Below, one piece after another: positions 1 to 10,637 of a DNA stretch of 64,000 nt. A model generated the notes under the pieces. That model ran no database searches and was not told the DNA's origin. It saw only the letters and a program-made list of their open reading frames with translations. Location of the stretch: NCBI GenBank assembly GCA_001662655.1, contig KV460226.1; one strand, 5' to 3'. Position numbers and translations under genes: made by a program. This stretch comes from Pseudogymnoascus verrucosus. Its lineage: Eukaryota. The first letter of the stretch is position 1. Every line of letters starts with the position of its first letter.

Positions 1-1254
1 CTTTCCCCAATTAACAGTGCGCTCAGTTACTCCTCAGCTCGCCATGGGTGAGACAGGCGTCCATGGGTCAAGGATGCGCCGGTGATCGCGGGGTGGATTG
101 GGATTAGATTGGGTTTGCTTTGGGATTGGCTATTGATTTGGGGGTGCGGAGTACTTTAGGATTTCATCCCGACTGGGATGGGCCAGACGAAGGAGCGCGA
201 TGATGGGGTGGATGATGGGATTGTGGGATTGTGGCTCCCCCAGGAGATGGCGGTGCTGAAAAAGCTTGGTTAGGGGCAGACTGGGGACGATGACTTCATC
301 CGCCTCAAGAGAGATAAGAGCTCAGCCACGACTCGGGGTAGTAGGACCGACCATACACGGCCATACCGACTGAATCGACATAGTTTGGCTTTTTATCAGC
401 CATATACTTCACCGGTCACGCCGAGCATATCTCATCCTCGTCTGTGAAGACAGGCTGTGAAGAAATCTTCATCGATGGATGTCCATGCCTTTCCATTACC
501 CACCACAGAGCAGATCCCGGCGATCAACACGCCACTTCATCTGTCACCCATTCCACCCTCGGTTACGGGATAAATATCTCCCCAAGTAGAGCCTCATCTC
601 GCGTCGAGCAAGCGCAAACTGACTACCTGACCACGTGTGGGAAATGAGCCAGCGTAGTAGAACCACTACGGATCCAGACCCGAGCAGAACCGTCGACGCC
701 GAACCAGGCAGTCGCATCAATAGCCTCGGTCAGCCCTCTACTCTCCTTACTGCCTCCTTACTCCCATAGTGCAGCACTACCCACGCCCTTACAATTCGCT
801 CTGTCGATCATCATCTGTCGCAGAGCCGCTCCGCCAACCATCGATCCACCACGCCCACCTGCCAGATTGCCCAGCTTCCGGATGCGGAAGAACGCGATCC
901 GATGAGGATCTGCGAGAAATCTCTTTTCTCCCATTTTATGGGAGTTTTCATGGCTCGTAGGGATGATGTCCAGAGTCTGTCCTGTCCACGTGAATTATAT
1001 CGTCATATTGCCCACTCACTTTATCTACTGTGGATTATATTGTCATTGAAGGGAATTGGCTGTGCTTGTGCTGTATCGTATCCCCTAATTGTCGTGATCA
1101 AACTTTCTCTTCTCTCATCAAGGTTGGAAAAAACATCGCCGCGGTATTAGGGGGAAGCAATGTGGTCGGTTTCGACTACCAAATAGTGTAAGTACCTTTT
1201 CATAGTAATTTGTATGTAAAGGTACATAAATCAATTATCGTATGAAATTTCAAT

Positions 1255-1662
1255 TTGTCGCTCCCGCAATCTCTCCTACTCCTTCTCTCCCTGTTGCTCT
1301 CGGCTTTTGGTTTAGGAACTGGCTCTTTGCATGCGGAAGGAATTGGGATGCCAGCATTACGAGGGGCTGCCACCCTCTTTTCGGAGGCGGTCTTCCTCTC
1401 AGGCCTAAACTCCAGCCCTACAGAGCTGCTGTCTGGCTTGATTTGGTAGCATGGCGAGCTATCCGGGCTCTTTAGCTTGGGCCTTTTAAACCTAAAGCTC
1501 AGCTTTCTGAGGGCCCTGAGGAGCGCGGAGTCAGTGAGATAAAGGGGGAAGGAACGGCTTAGTGCGGAATATAGGTCGCACTTGCCAATACTAGAACCCT
1601 CTCTTGTCATAAAGGGGGAAGGAACAGCTTAGTAAGAGATATAGGTCGCACCTGCCAATACA
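1255..1662 (+). pseudogene. Probable C->T-hypermutated (RIP-like) relic of a Pro/Ser-rich coding sequence
   Basis: The frame from 1255 is abnormally Leu-rich with two in-frame stops (TAG, TAA). Reverting CTN->CCN and TAR->CAR gives a natural-looking P/S-rich sequence (..PKPSSPRAPRSAESVRQRGKER..). Confidence 0.4.
1539..1662. repeat. Two-copy direct repeat, period 70 bp
   Basis: ATAAAGGGGGAAGGAAC(G/A)GCTTAGT..ATATAGGTCGCAC(T/C)TGCCAATAC starts at both 1539 and 1609. Confidence 0.9.
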
Positions 1663-2280
1663 AGAAGATCTCACGGTATAGTAGATTATCTCTCGTTTAT
1701 TAGTATGCCTTCCCGAGTTTCAACCAAAGGACCATCTCTTCTCTGGTCATGAGTCCGCAAAGTCTCGATTTCTGCCATTCCGGAGAGTTCAGCCAATAAC
1801 TATTTGCCAAACTTTCTGTGATTATCGTGTGCGGGTCAGGGTATCACTATATGAGGGGCACAGAGACAAAATCCGGGGCTGAACGTCAAATTATACGTTG
1901 TGTGAGTCTATCTTTTCATTTATAGGGTGGTGACCACCGACACTGCCAATGGCGGGACTCTCCCCCGGCCCATCGGCTTCCATCATTCTGGTTTAATGTG
2001 GTGTAACTTGATATTCCAGCTCATATAGAGGTGGCCTTTGTTTTATTTCATGTTTCAACCGTTGGCAGATAGAGATTGTATCCAAATATGCAAGCTGGAT
2101 ACTGAGCTGGCGGCCACCAGGGAGCATCATGCGGTTCACATGCAGCTCAGGGGTCATATATTGCTACTTTTAGGCGGTAACAAATTGATGCCACAATTTC
2201 AGTCACTATCACAAGAGGGACTTGATTTGAAAGCTTTATAGGAAGCTTTAATAATCCCAGGCTACCTACAACTTACTCCT

Positions 2281-2844
2281 TTACACACGGAAAAATGCCC
2301 AAGATGCAGGCGCCATCCCCTCTGGGACAGGAAGCTTCTCATCCTGGTCGACAGTCGTGCTCACATTGGTCTCGCGATCTGTGCTCTCAAGCCCCACTAT
2401 CCCATTCGTGTACGTCTGGAATCCAACCAAATCAGTGAGACCCTTCTCCTCCAAAAGGTCTCCCAAGTCTGCGACAAATGCTGGCGAAGGCTGTGGAACA
2501 ACGTATCTCTTGTACTCGTAAGGGTAGCACGTGCCTTTGTAGAAGATCCAGCTGGAAGGGTAGAGACCTGTGAAATCCTTGGAGGCGACGGCCTTTCCGT
2601 CTGCCTCGACGTTACGCTCGTCGGCGGCCAGGTCGTAGTGGCGGTGGATGAGGCATGCGCTGTAGTCCTCTTCCACGTTGTGCTTGAGGAAGATGTCGCG
2701 AACGGCTGTGTTGATGACTGGCTGGATGTTACGTTCTTCGGCCTTCTGACAGGCAATGAAGAGTGTGTGGTTTACGGTGTTGTAGACATCGCTGTCGTAA
2801 TCGGCGACAGTGCCTCGAGTCTCGGTGATAGTGGTGGTGGCCAT
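2281..2844 (-). CDS. Fungal hypothetical protein, 187 aa, with LIHRHYDL motif
   Basis: Intronless ORF with ATG in good context (CAAGATGG) and coding-like codon usage. IFLKHNV..LIHRHYDL..PYEY resembles a recurrent uncharacterised fungal family. Confidence 0.8.
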   Translation of the reverse strand: MATTTITETRGTVADYDSDVYNTVNHTLFIACQKAEERNIQPVINTAVRDIFLKHNVEEDYSACLIHRHYDLAADERNVEADGKAVASKDFTGLYPSSWIFYKGTCYPYEYKRYVVPQPSPAFVADLGDLLEEKGLTDLVGFQTYTNGIVGLESTDRETNVSTTVDQDEKLPVPEGMAPASWAFFRV

Positions 2845-4225
2845 CTTGTCAGGAGCAAGAGGTTCGTATGTTCTGATTTAATTGTTCGTCAAGGACTTGA
2901 ACAGTGGGACTGTTCTGGTATTGTTGCCAGACTTCCAAGCGAGTCTCAGGTTCGTTGGGCGTCAACGTTAAACGATAACTTCGGATCGCCGGGTGAGGAA
3001 GTACTCTGTACTTTACTCTTTCTATAGATCGAGCTCGGCTTTAGGAATAGAATTACAGTCGTAAGTAAATCAGTAATGGAAAGACGATCGAACATATATT
3101 GTATCAGGGACCTGAAGTGGAGGAGAACTAACCCCGCAAAATGATGTCAAGGGTCCCCTCCATTTACTCGGATCGGACCGCTGTTTTGTTTCTAATGGGC
3201 TACTTGTCGACCCTAGATCTGCGCCGGTCCGCTCGTACAGCTCCATAGATGCCGATCTTTCTGCAAGAACCCCGCGATAAGTTGGAGTTTGTTGCCTACG
3301 GAGACGACAAGCCAGCCGGCTGTTCGCGAGGCTCATTTTTCTCCTTCTTTTCTTGCTGTACTAGTTATGTATCCGATATACGAAAGCTATAGTGACTCTC
3401 TGGCCGAACCTGAGCTGAAAAGGTTAGACTTGTGACGCTTCTTCGGCAGCCTGGAAAAGCGAATCGTCTCGTAGCATTTACATACTACCAGCTGTGAGCG
3501 ACAGAGTAGATTCTTCTACTATCACCAGTTCCCCAACAGGCAATAATGCCACTCTTAAAGCCAATCCCGAACACGGAGCTTTCTGCCCATAAGAAGGTAG
3601 TTCTGCCCAATTGAATTATTTTCTCAAGAAATCCACAAGAATATTCAATAATATAAACACCCAACTAAAAATTCATTTGCGAAGAAATGGAACCCAACAC
3701 CCGATACTCACATGTATCTCTGAGCTGCCTCGTATTCCGGCCGAGGTATTTTTGAGGAAAAGTGCTAATCTTTGACAGGCCGTCTCATTTTGTTTGCATA
3801 AACTATTGCTAAAATCGAAGCATCGGCTTATTCAATCGCCTGGACCGAAAGTCACCCCTCTCGTCTTTCATTTTGCTACATAAGGCTCCATACAGGGCAT
3901 TTTACCCAACTGCCGAATTTGCGCCTCCTAAATAAATTATTGCCACGTTATTCCAATATGTATATCGCGTTGCAAAGCTAAAACTCGGTGCCGCCGTCTG
4001 GAGGGCCTCGTCGTGAGCCCTGCCAAGCAATAGAGCGCTCGGGCCAGGAACAAGGCAGCGATCAGCGATAACAAGCCTCGACCCCGCCCCCTCCCTGCCC
4101 CCTCCATCGTCAACCCCAATATCATTAATTCTCACATTATCCCACCAAAACGGAATCCAACTCTGACTGCTTCAATAACAACCTCACTCCTATACCCCCA
4201 GCGTTCACTAAACTTGCCAACCGTT

Positions 4226-5461
4226 ATGGCGTCTCAACCCTCAGCAGAAACCCCTAAGCCCATAGACCCCCAATTAGGCGCCGCCGTGGTAGCCCCTCCT
4301 CCAGCTATCCCTAACCCCTCGGCCCTGATCCTGCGCCTGCTCACCCCGGCTGAAAAGGAGGCCAGTTGGATCACTAACTCTGTCTCCTGGGCCGGCCGCC
4401 TCACCCAAGCCGACTACGTTGCCCGCGAAGCTGCAAATGGGGCTAGTAGCCTCCTACGCGACGGCGGGGTTAGGTATTGGGGCCTCACTACTGAAGGGGA
4501 GGGAGGGGAGATCTACGCGGCGGTCGAGACGCTGAAGAAGAGAGTCTTGGTGCAGACGAGCAAGGGGTTTAATACTGAAGATTCCTACGGCATCGCATCG
4601 GTCTTCACGCCAGCCAAGTACCGTGGCCACGGGCTGGCAGGGACGATGATGCGGAAGTTGGGCGAGTGGCTTGATACCGAGGAGGCGAACTGCCAATTCA
4701 GCGTTCTTTTCTCGGACGTTGGGGTACGTTCTTCTTCCTTTCTGTCCTAGTCCAGATCGGCACAGATACCCTAACACGAGAAACAGAACTTCTACGCCCG
4801 TCACGGCTGGGCTGTCGTCCCCTCCCCCGAAATCACTATCCCCGCTTCTCCCCTCCCAACCTCCGCCTCTCCCTCCCCAGCTACAACACCCATCACAGCA
4901 GAATCCCTCCAACCCTACACGCAGTCTGACTTGCTCACCCTGACCTCAGAGGTCATGTCACCTCCCTCCCCCGGCAACCATACGCGCCTCGCCTTCGACC
5001 CCTCCGTCGCACAAGCAGAGTGGCACTTCGGCGCCGAGGACATCTCCGCCTCGAAGCTATACCCCGACCAGGCTCCGCCGACTCTCAAGGGTGTGGCAGC
5101 TGGTTCCACTTTCGGGTATTGGGTCCGTGATTTCAATGAGCGGAAGCTGATTATGCTGCGGCTTAAGGCGGGTGGGCCGTTGGAGGGCGGAGAGGCGCAG
5201 GGTGTGCAGGAGGTGGTGAGTGTGTTGCGTGCAGCGCAGGCCGAGGCGCATGCATGGGGACTAGGGAAGGTGGTCGTGTGGAATCCGGATGAGAGGGTGA
5301 AAGAGGCTTGTAAGGTTATTATGGGGAAAGAGGTTGAGGTTAAGAATAGGACGGAGGGGAGTGTGCCGTGTTTGAGATGGAACGGGAAGGAGGGGGGTGG
5401 GAAGGGGGAGGTGGAAGCTGGGGTTGAGTGGCTTGCATTGGAGAAGTATTGCTGGTGTTGA
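4226..5461 (+). CDS. GNAT family acetyltransferase, LYC1-like (lysine acetyltransferase type)
   Basis: Exons 4226-4723 and 4787-5461 (GTACGT..CTAAC..CAG). Has acetyl-CoA motif IASVFTPAKYRGHGLA, the spliced join SDVG|NFYARHGW, and C-terminal EKYCWC. Confidence 0.88.
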
Positions 5462-5928
5462 GAGGTTGAGGTGAGGAATAGCGTAGACATGTCAGCTATG
5501 ATGGCGATGATGATTATGATATGAATATAGTAGAACCTTTACATAAGAATGCTCTATACTAGAATTCTTGGTTTATAAGAATCGATTGTCGGGTCCCAAA
5601 TCTTTCAGGTGTGACACTGCAACTAAATAAGTATTAGGTTATACCTAATGATTTCTGTGAGACAGGGATATCATGCGGATACAATTTAATTCTATACGAC
5701 TACATCATTGTTCCCACCTGTGACAACCTCAGATATGGAGTACCAAGTAAGTTATTCATAAGCCGATGATACTATAACATAATATTATACTGTAAATTGC
5801 ATATATGACCCAGCCGCCACCACCCCCAAAGGACGCCCAAGTCCATCCAAATGCTCGCTCGCTGTGTAAACCAAATCGCTAAATCAAACAAAACCAAATA
5901 CACCATCTTAAAACACGCAAAAACTCCC

Positions 5929-8347
5929 TCACCCCGCCAACTCCCCAAAAACCCCCTCATCCCCCGTCTCCCTCGCCCTCTCCACCGCCGTCCGACCCGC
6001 AAAATCCTCAATCTCCGGATCCGCACCCTGGTCCACAAAGAACTTCATCATCGGCACGCTCCCCGCGCCACTCACCCAATGCAGCGGCGTACACCCCTGC
6101 ACATTCCTCGCATTGATATCTGCCCCTCCTCCAAGCAGCAGGGTCATCGCCTCCTCATGTCGCTGACTGGTAATCTTCAGGCGAGACTCGACGTCTTGGC
6201 CCTGCTCCTGCCCATCGTATAGCTGGTTCCCGATCTCGGCGTGGCCGCCCCATCCTGCCCAGTGGAGCGCCGTCGAGCCCGTGTCGTCTGTTGCGCAGGC
6301 ATCGGCACCTTTTGCTAGGAGCGTGCGCACGAGCTCGACGTGTCCGCCCTCCGCGGCGCCGAGGAGGGCTTCGTTGAGGAATAACTCCGTTGTGGCATCG
6401 GCGTCCTGGGACGGTTCCGCGGCGTTCGCCTCCTGGTCTTCGAGGAGCATACCGAGCACGGTGTCGGTATTGCCCAGCTTCGCGGCGTGTCGGAGCTTAT
6501 AAGTCTTCACCAGCATCTCGGTGTCGGCGTCAGCGTTCTCGCCGAGGAGGAGGCGTGTGATGCCATCGTGGCCCTGGCTCATTGCGTAGATGGCCACGCT
6601 CCACCCGTCGTAGTCGCACACTGAGCTGTCTGCTCCCTTCTTCATAAGCATTTTGAACAGCCCCTCGTTCCCCGTCCATGCCGCAGCATGTAGAGCCGTT
6701 GTCCCTGCCGAGTCCTTTGCTTCAATGTCCGCCCCACACGATAGAAGGTACAACACGGCGGAGTTGTGGCCGTAGTACGCCGCGAAGTGGATTGGTGGCG
6801 CGCCGGTAAAGTCCCATCCAGTGCGGTCGTGGCGGAACATGCTGTGTGGAGGCACCTTCCAATGAGTGCCCTCGTTCGCGCCGTCATTGAGCAGCTCGTC
6901 CAGCATTTCGACGTTCCCTGTCGCCGCCGCGCGGTGAACGGGCGACAGGGCGCCTAGGAACTCGCCAAATTCGGGATCGCTGCTCTGCCAGCGCTGCTCC
7001 ACAGATGGTTGACGCAGGATGTCGCGCTGGTAGTGCACGCGCCGGTACTGGTGGGCGAATTCGCCCTGGGGAATGGTAGAGCTTCGGCGGAGGGGGCGCC
7101 TGGGGTCTTTGTCTTTTTTGGGGAGAGAAGGCGCAGATTGTGTTTGTGTCGGGGGTTTGGGGCGAGGCTTGAGTGATTTCCAGAAGAGACGCGTGCGTTC
7201 TTGGTCTTCTATTCTGAAGGTGAGGTGGCATTTTAGGCTGGTGATGTGTTAGCAGTTGATTCTGTATGTGTTACAAGGGAACATACCATCTACGTCGCCC
7301 TGGTTGATCGTCAAGCCATGTCTCCATTGTTCGACATCGTGGGCATTGTTTCTCATCACCTAGTCCAGGATGCCGGAGGATGAAACTTAGGGCGATGCGT
7401 TTCCCCGGCAGAAAGCTCTCGGCCCATTTCGCGTGGGGGATCAGGGCGCCGCCAAAATCTTCGTCGGAAACGACGTACTTGCCGCTCTCGATCTTGTCGT
7501 ACCCAGGCCCACCACGATGCATGATAAGGAGAACTTCTCGGAAGGTCTGCTAGTTGTTAGCGATAATAACAGCATCTTGTTCGTCTCAACTTACATCTGG
7601 GGTGCTGGCCAGCATTAACGGAAGAAGCACCTTCCTATCCAGCCCATCTATAAGTATAATCGGTGCCTCTGGCCCCCAGCTGTATCCTATTGACGTCGTC
7701 ACTGTATTCTGGACGACTTCGATTCTCTTGACAGCTTCAGCAACCATAAGATGCATGTCGCCAAACCGCATCGCTAGCGATTCAACCGAGGTATCGATGG
7801 AACCTAGCACAATACTATTGTCGACAACATCGCTCTTCATCGATGCGCTACACCAATCAGCATCTTGTCTGGCTTGCCAAGAAATCGAAATAACCTACAA
7901 GCAGAATGCATAGAGACGTAGCTGCAGCGCCTGCATATGCGTAGTGATCTTCTTCTCCAGCGCAGCCGCTTCCTCCTTACGCCCCAGCCAAGTTAGCTTG
8001 CGATAGGTTTTCCGCACGACGCCGCTCGTCTGCTCGACAAATGCGTCTGAGTAGGCTGAAAAGTCAATAAGGAACTGCGTGATGAGATTCTCGCACTCCT
8101 TGCGCTCCTTGATGATCTCGGCACCGATGGATTCGAGCATTTTGATGCTAGAGGGGTCGTTGCTTGGGCGCGCGGACTGACAGCCCATGCATAGCGCTTC
8201 GGCTTGGAGCATGGCCTGGGCGAGCGCGTTGAGAGTCTTGAGAAGGGAAGTGAACTCGGCCTTGGAGCCTTGCGCGTCGTTGAGGGCTTTCGCGGCGCGG
8301 GCGGCCACCATGGCGATGGTGATGAAGTCGCCGACTTGGAGCATCAT
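5929..8347 (-). CDS. HeLo-like N-terminal domain + fungal ubiquitin-like domain + Zn ribbon + ankyrin repeats, ~756 aa
   Basis: Exons 8347-7899, 7847-7595, 7546-7287 and 7237-5929 total 2271 nt in frame. N-terminus VGDFITIAMVAARAAKALNDAQGSKAEF; then PIILIDGLDRKVLLP..PGYDKIESGKY; CPRC..CLKC; several TALHxAA/TPLH ankyrin motifs. Confidence 0.85.
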
Positions 8348-9132
8348 CTTGGCTGCTATGGGGGGGAGGGAGGGGTAGTAATAATGCTATGGGGAGGATA
8401 TGGCGATGCTAGAGGAGGTCGTAGAGATCTTCCTCCCACTCTAGGCAGGGTTCAGACTTATGGAAGTGATGGCATTCGCGCATGGCTATGGGGGAATAGG
8501 GAGGAAAAGGAGTGAGGCTGAGGAGAGGGAAGGGGAGCGAGAGCGGAGAGAGGCAACAAGTGAGGAAAGAAAGACAGAGATAACAATAGCGAGAGGCGCG
8601 GGCGGTAGTTAATGGGCCATGGGGGTCTCGATTAACTGCCTGGAGGGCTGGAGGGCCGTGGGGAACGCCATGTGGGAAACCCGGGCAGTCCCGTGTGTCT
8701 CAGCCGGGAGTCCCAGGCCTCTGATTGGCTGAAATAATGGAAATAAGGGAACCGAAGGCTGAAGCTTTCCAATATATTGGCTTTTGGTGTCAGACCTTGG
8801 CCGGGTCGGGACTAACTGGATTGGGATATATGATATCCAAGGCACGTGGAGAGACACGTGCTGTGATGCATGGATGCCTTTCTTGATGGCCTGGGATTGA
8901 AGGTGCATTGCCTCCTTCTTGTTCTGTCCTTGATATTTTAAGATTAAGATTCTTAAGAAACTTAAGATTCTTAGTCACGAACTCTAAAGTATCCCGTCTG
9001 CCGCTGCCGTGCCTCCGGGAACACTAACACACAGCTCCAAACACTAAATTCTCGCTACCAAATGAATGTTCTTCTATTGATTCCTTGATTCCTTGATTCC
9101 ACGATGCTATCGACTATCTACCAGTTCGCACT

Positions 9133-9312
9133 CTAGCAAAGAGCGTACTTGTCGCCCGCTCCACAGCGGCAGACACAGCCAGAGCACACGCTGTCGCACT
9201 TCCACACCTGCCAAGTGCTGGGGTAGGGTCCGCACTCGCCGGAGCACTCAATGGCGCTGACTGCTGGGGCCATGACGGCAAGGGCGAGGCCGATAAAGAT
9301 GGTGAGCTTCAT
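9133..9312 (-). CDS. Small secreted cysteine-rich peptide (59 aa; 39-aa mature peptide with 8 Cys), defensin-like
   Basis: Signal peptide MKLTIFIGLALAVMAPAVSA, then IECSGECGPYPSTWQVWKCDSVCSGCVCRCGAGDKYALC. CAAAATG start context, 5'UTR intron 9377-9333 (GTAAGT..GCTAAC..CAG) and TATAAA at ~9477-9482. Confidence 0.88.
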   Translation of the reverse strand: MKLTIFIGLALAVMAPAVSAIECSGECGPYPSTWQVWKCDSVCSGCVCRCGAGDKYALC

Positions 9313-9735
9313 TTTGCAGAGGTTGGTCTTCACTGTACGTTAGCAAGCTGCCCTGCCCAGAAGCAGGAAGCACTTACTACTTGGAATTCTTATAAAGGGG
9401 ATGCGTGAGATGTGTTTGAAGGCTTGGTGCTGATTGTTGGGGAGATACTGTGATAACTACGAGCTGAGCTTGCATCTTTATACTTCAAAATCTCACTTCA
9501 ACTTAAACTCTTGGCTTGGGAGAACTTTTGTCATTGAAATCCGCGAAGGATTCTGCCAATTCTCTTGCGTAGCTGTGATAGGAAATCGCAACGGCCATCG
9601 AACAATTTTTCCATAAATCACCGGTGATAGCATTTAACCAGAAATATTACCTACAGATGCTCTTCGCCATGTTCGGCGAGTGAGGATCTCACCGTACTTC
9701 GTATAGCGAAGATCAACTAAAGTGACCGCATTGCT

Positions 9736-9770
9736 CTAACACAGGTGACCCCCTCGGTCACCTGTGTCTA
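9736..9770. repeat. Perfect 12-bp inverted repeat with 5-nt spacer, flanked by CTA direct repeat
   Basis: CTA-ACACAGGTGACC-CCCTC-GGTCACCTGTGT-CTA. Confidence 0.85.
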
Positions 9771-9973
9771 AATAACCGTCTTAGTGGCGAGGAAGGATTC
9801 GCATCCCAGCCGGATGTGCATTATCTGACACATCCGCTGCACTATAATGTAGGTGAGATTATAGACTTAATTGTTTAGTGACGATGCTGACATGAAATCG
9901 ACAGGTCCCAGCGGGTTTTCGGTGGATCTCCCAGTGGATCGCGGGGAAGCACTTGGCCGCTAAGTTTGCGAGG

Positions 9974-10055
9974 CATACTTATTTTGGGATCGTGAAGTGG
10001 TAACATACTTGTTTTGGAATGGTGAAGCGGTAAGATACCTGTTTTAAAATGGTAA
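9974..10055. repeat. Degenerate 30-bp tandem repeat, ~2.7 copies
   Basis: Units start at 9974, 10004 and 10034; consensus is approximately CATACTTGTTTTGGAATGGTGAAGYGGTAA. Confidence 0.85.
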
Positions 10056-10637
10056 TATATATTAACTCAACTACCACTTACGGGTACTGCGGGTAGTGAT
10101 ACTAAAAGCTGAACTGCTTATAAATGGGTTGTTACAACTGTCCACTAGTGATAACGAAAGCCTAACAGAACCCCCACGTTTATTTAATCAAACAGGAAGC
10201 AAAAGCTGAAGTTATGAATCCTGAATCTTCACCTATTGCCAAGTAGGCGATCATATCAGTTACTATGCCCAATTTTCCGAGCTATCCCCGAGTGTCAGCT
10301 TCACATAAACTACTGCGGAAATTCTTGTCCTAACATTCCAGGGCTCCCTGGTTCAAATCTACACAACCAACAGCGGATTGGATATGGGCTTTGGATTGGC
10401 ATAAGCTTACATTCAACATAATTAACTCTTAAGCACATCGCTCAATCAAGATGATTGCCCAGCTTCTAGTAGACGGAGCTAATCAACCGTCTCATACACG
10501 CATTGACTCCCGAAATCGGACGCCGCCATTTTACCCCTACCTTCATTTGAAATGTTTCTTCTGGGAATTCGCAAGCTCTCATTGAGAAGGTCAAAATATA
10601 CGATTACATTACCCCTAGACATCACAACCGTACCCAC

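Noticed and set aside
1..64. Possible first exon of a minus-strand gene (ATG at 64, GTAACT donor-like at ~30)
   Set aside because: Truncated by the window edge, only ~11 codons, and no recognisable product.
7595..7847. Amyloid signalling motif after the HeLo-like domain
   Set aside because: The linker looks helical or coiled-coil and lacks the N/Q/G-rich pseudo-repeats of HET-s, sigma or PP motifs.
9974..10055. 30-bp repeats considered as CRISPR-like
   Set aside because: No unique spacers, no cas genes, and the context is eukaryotic.
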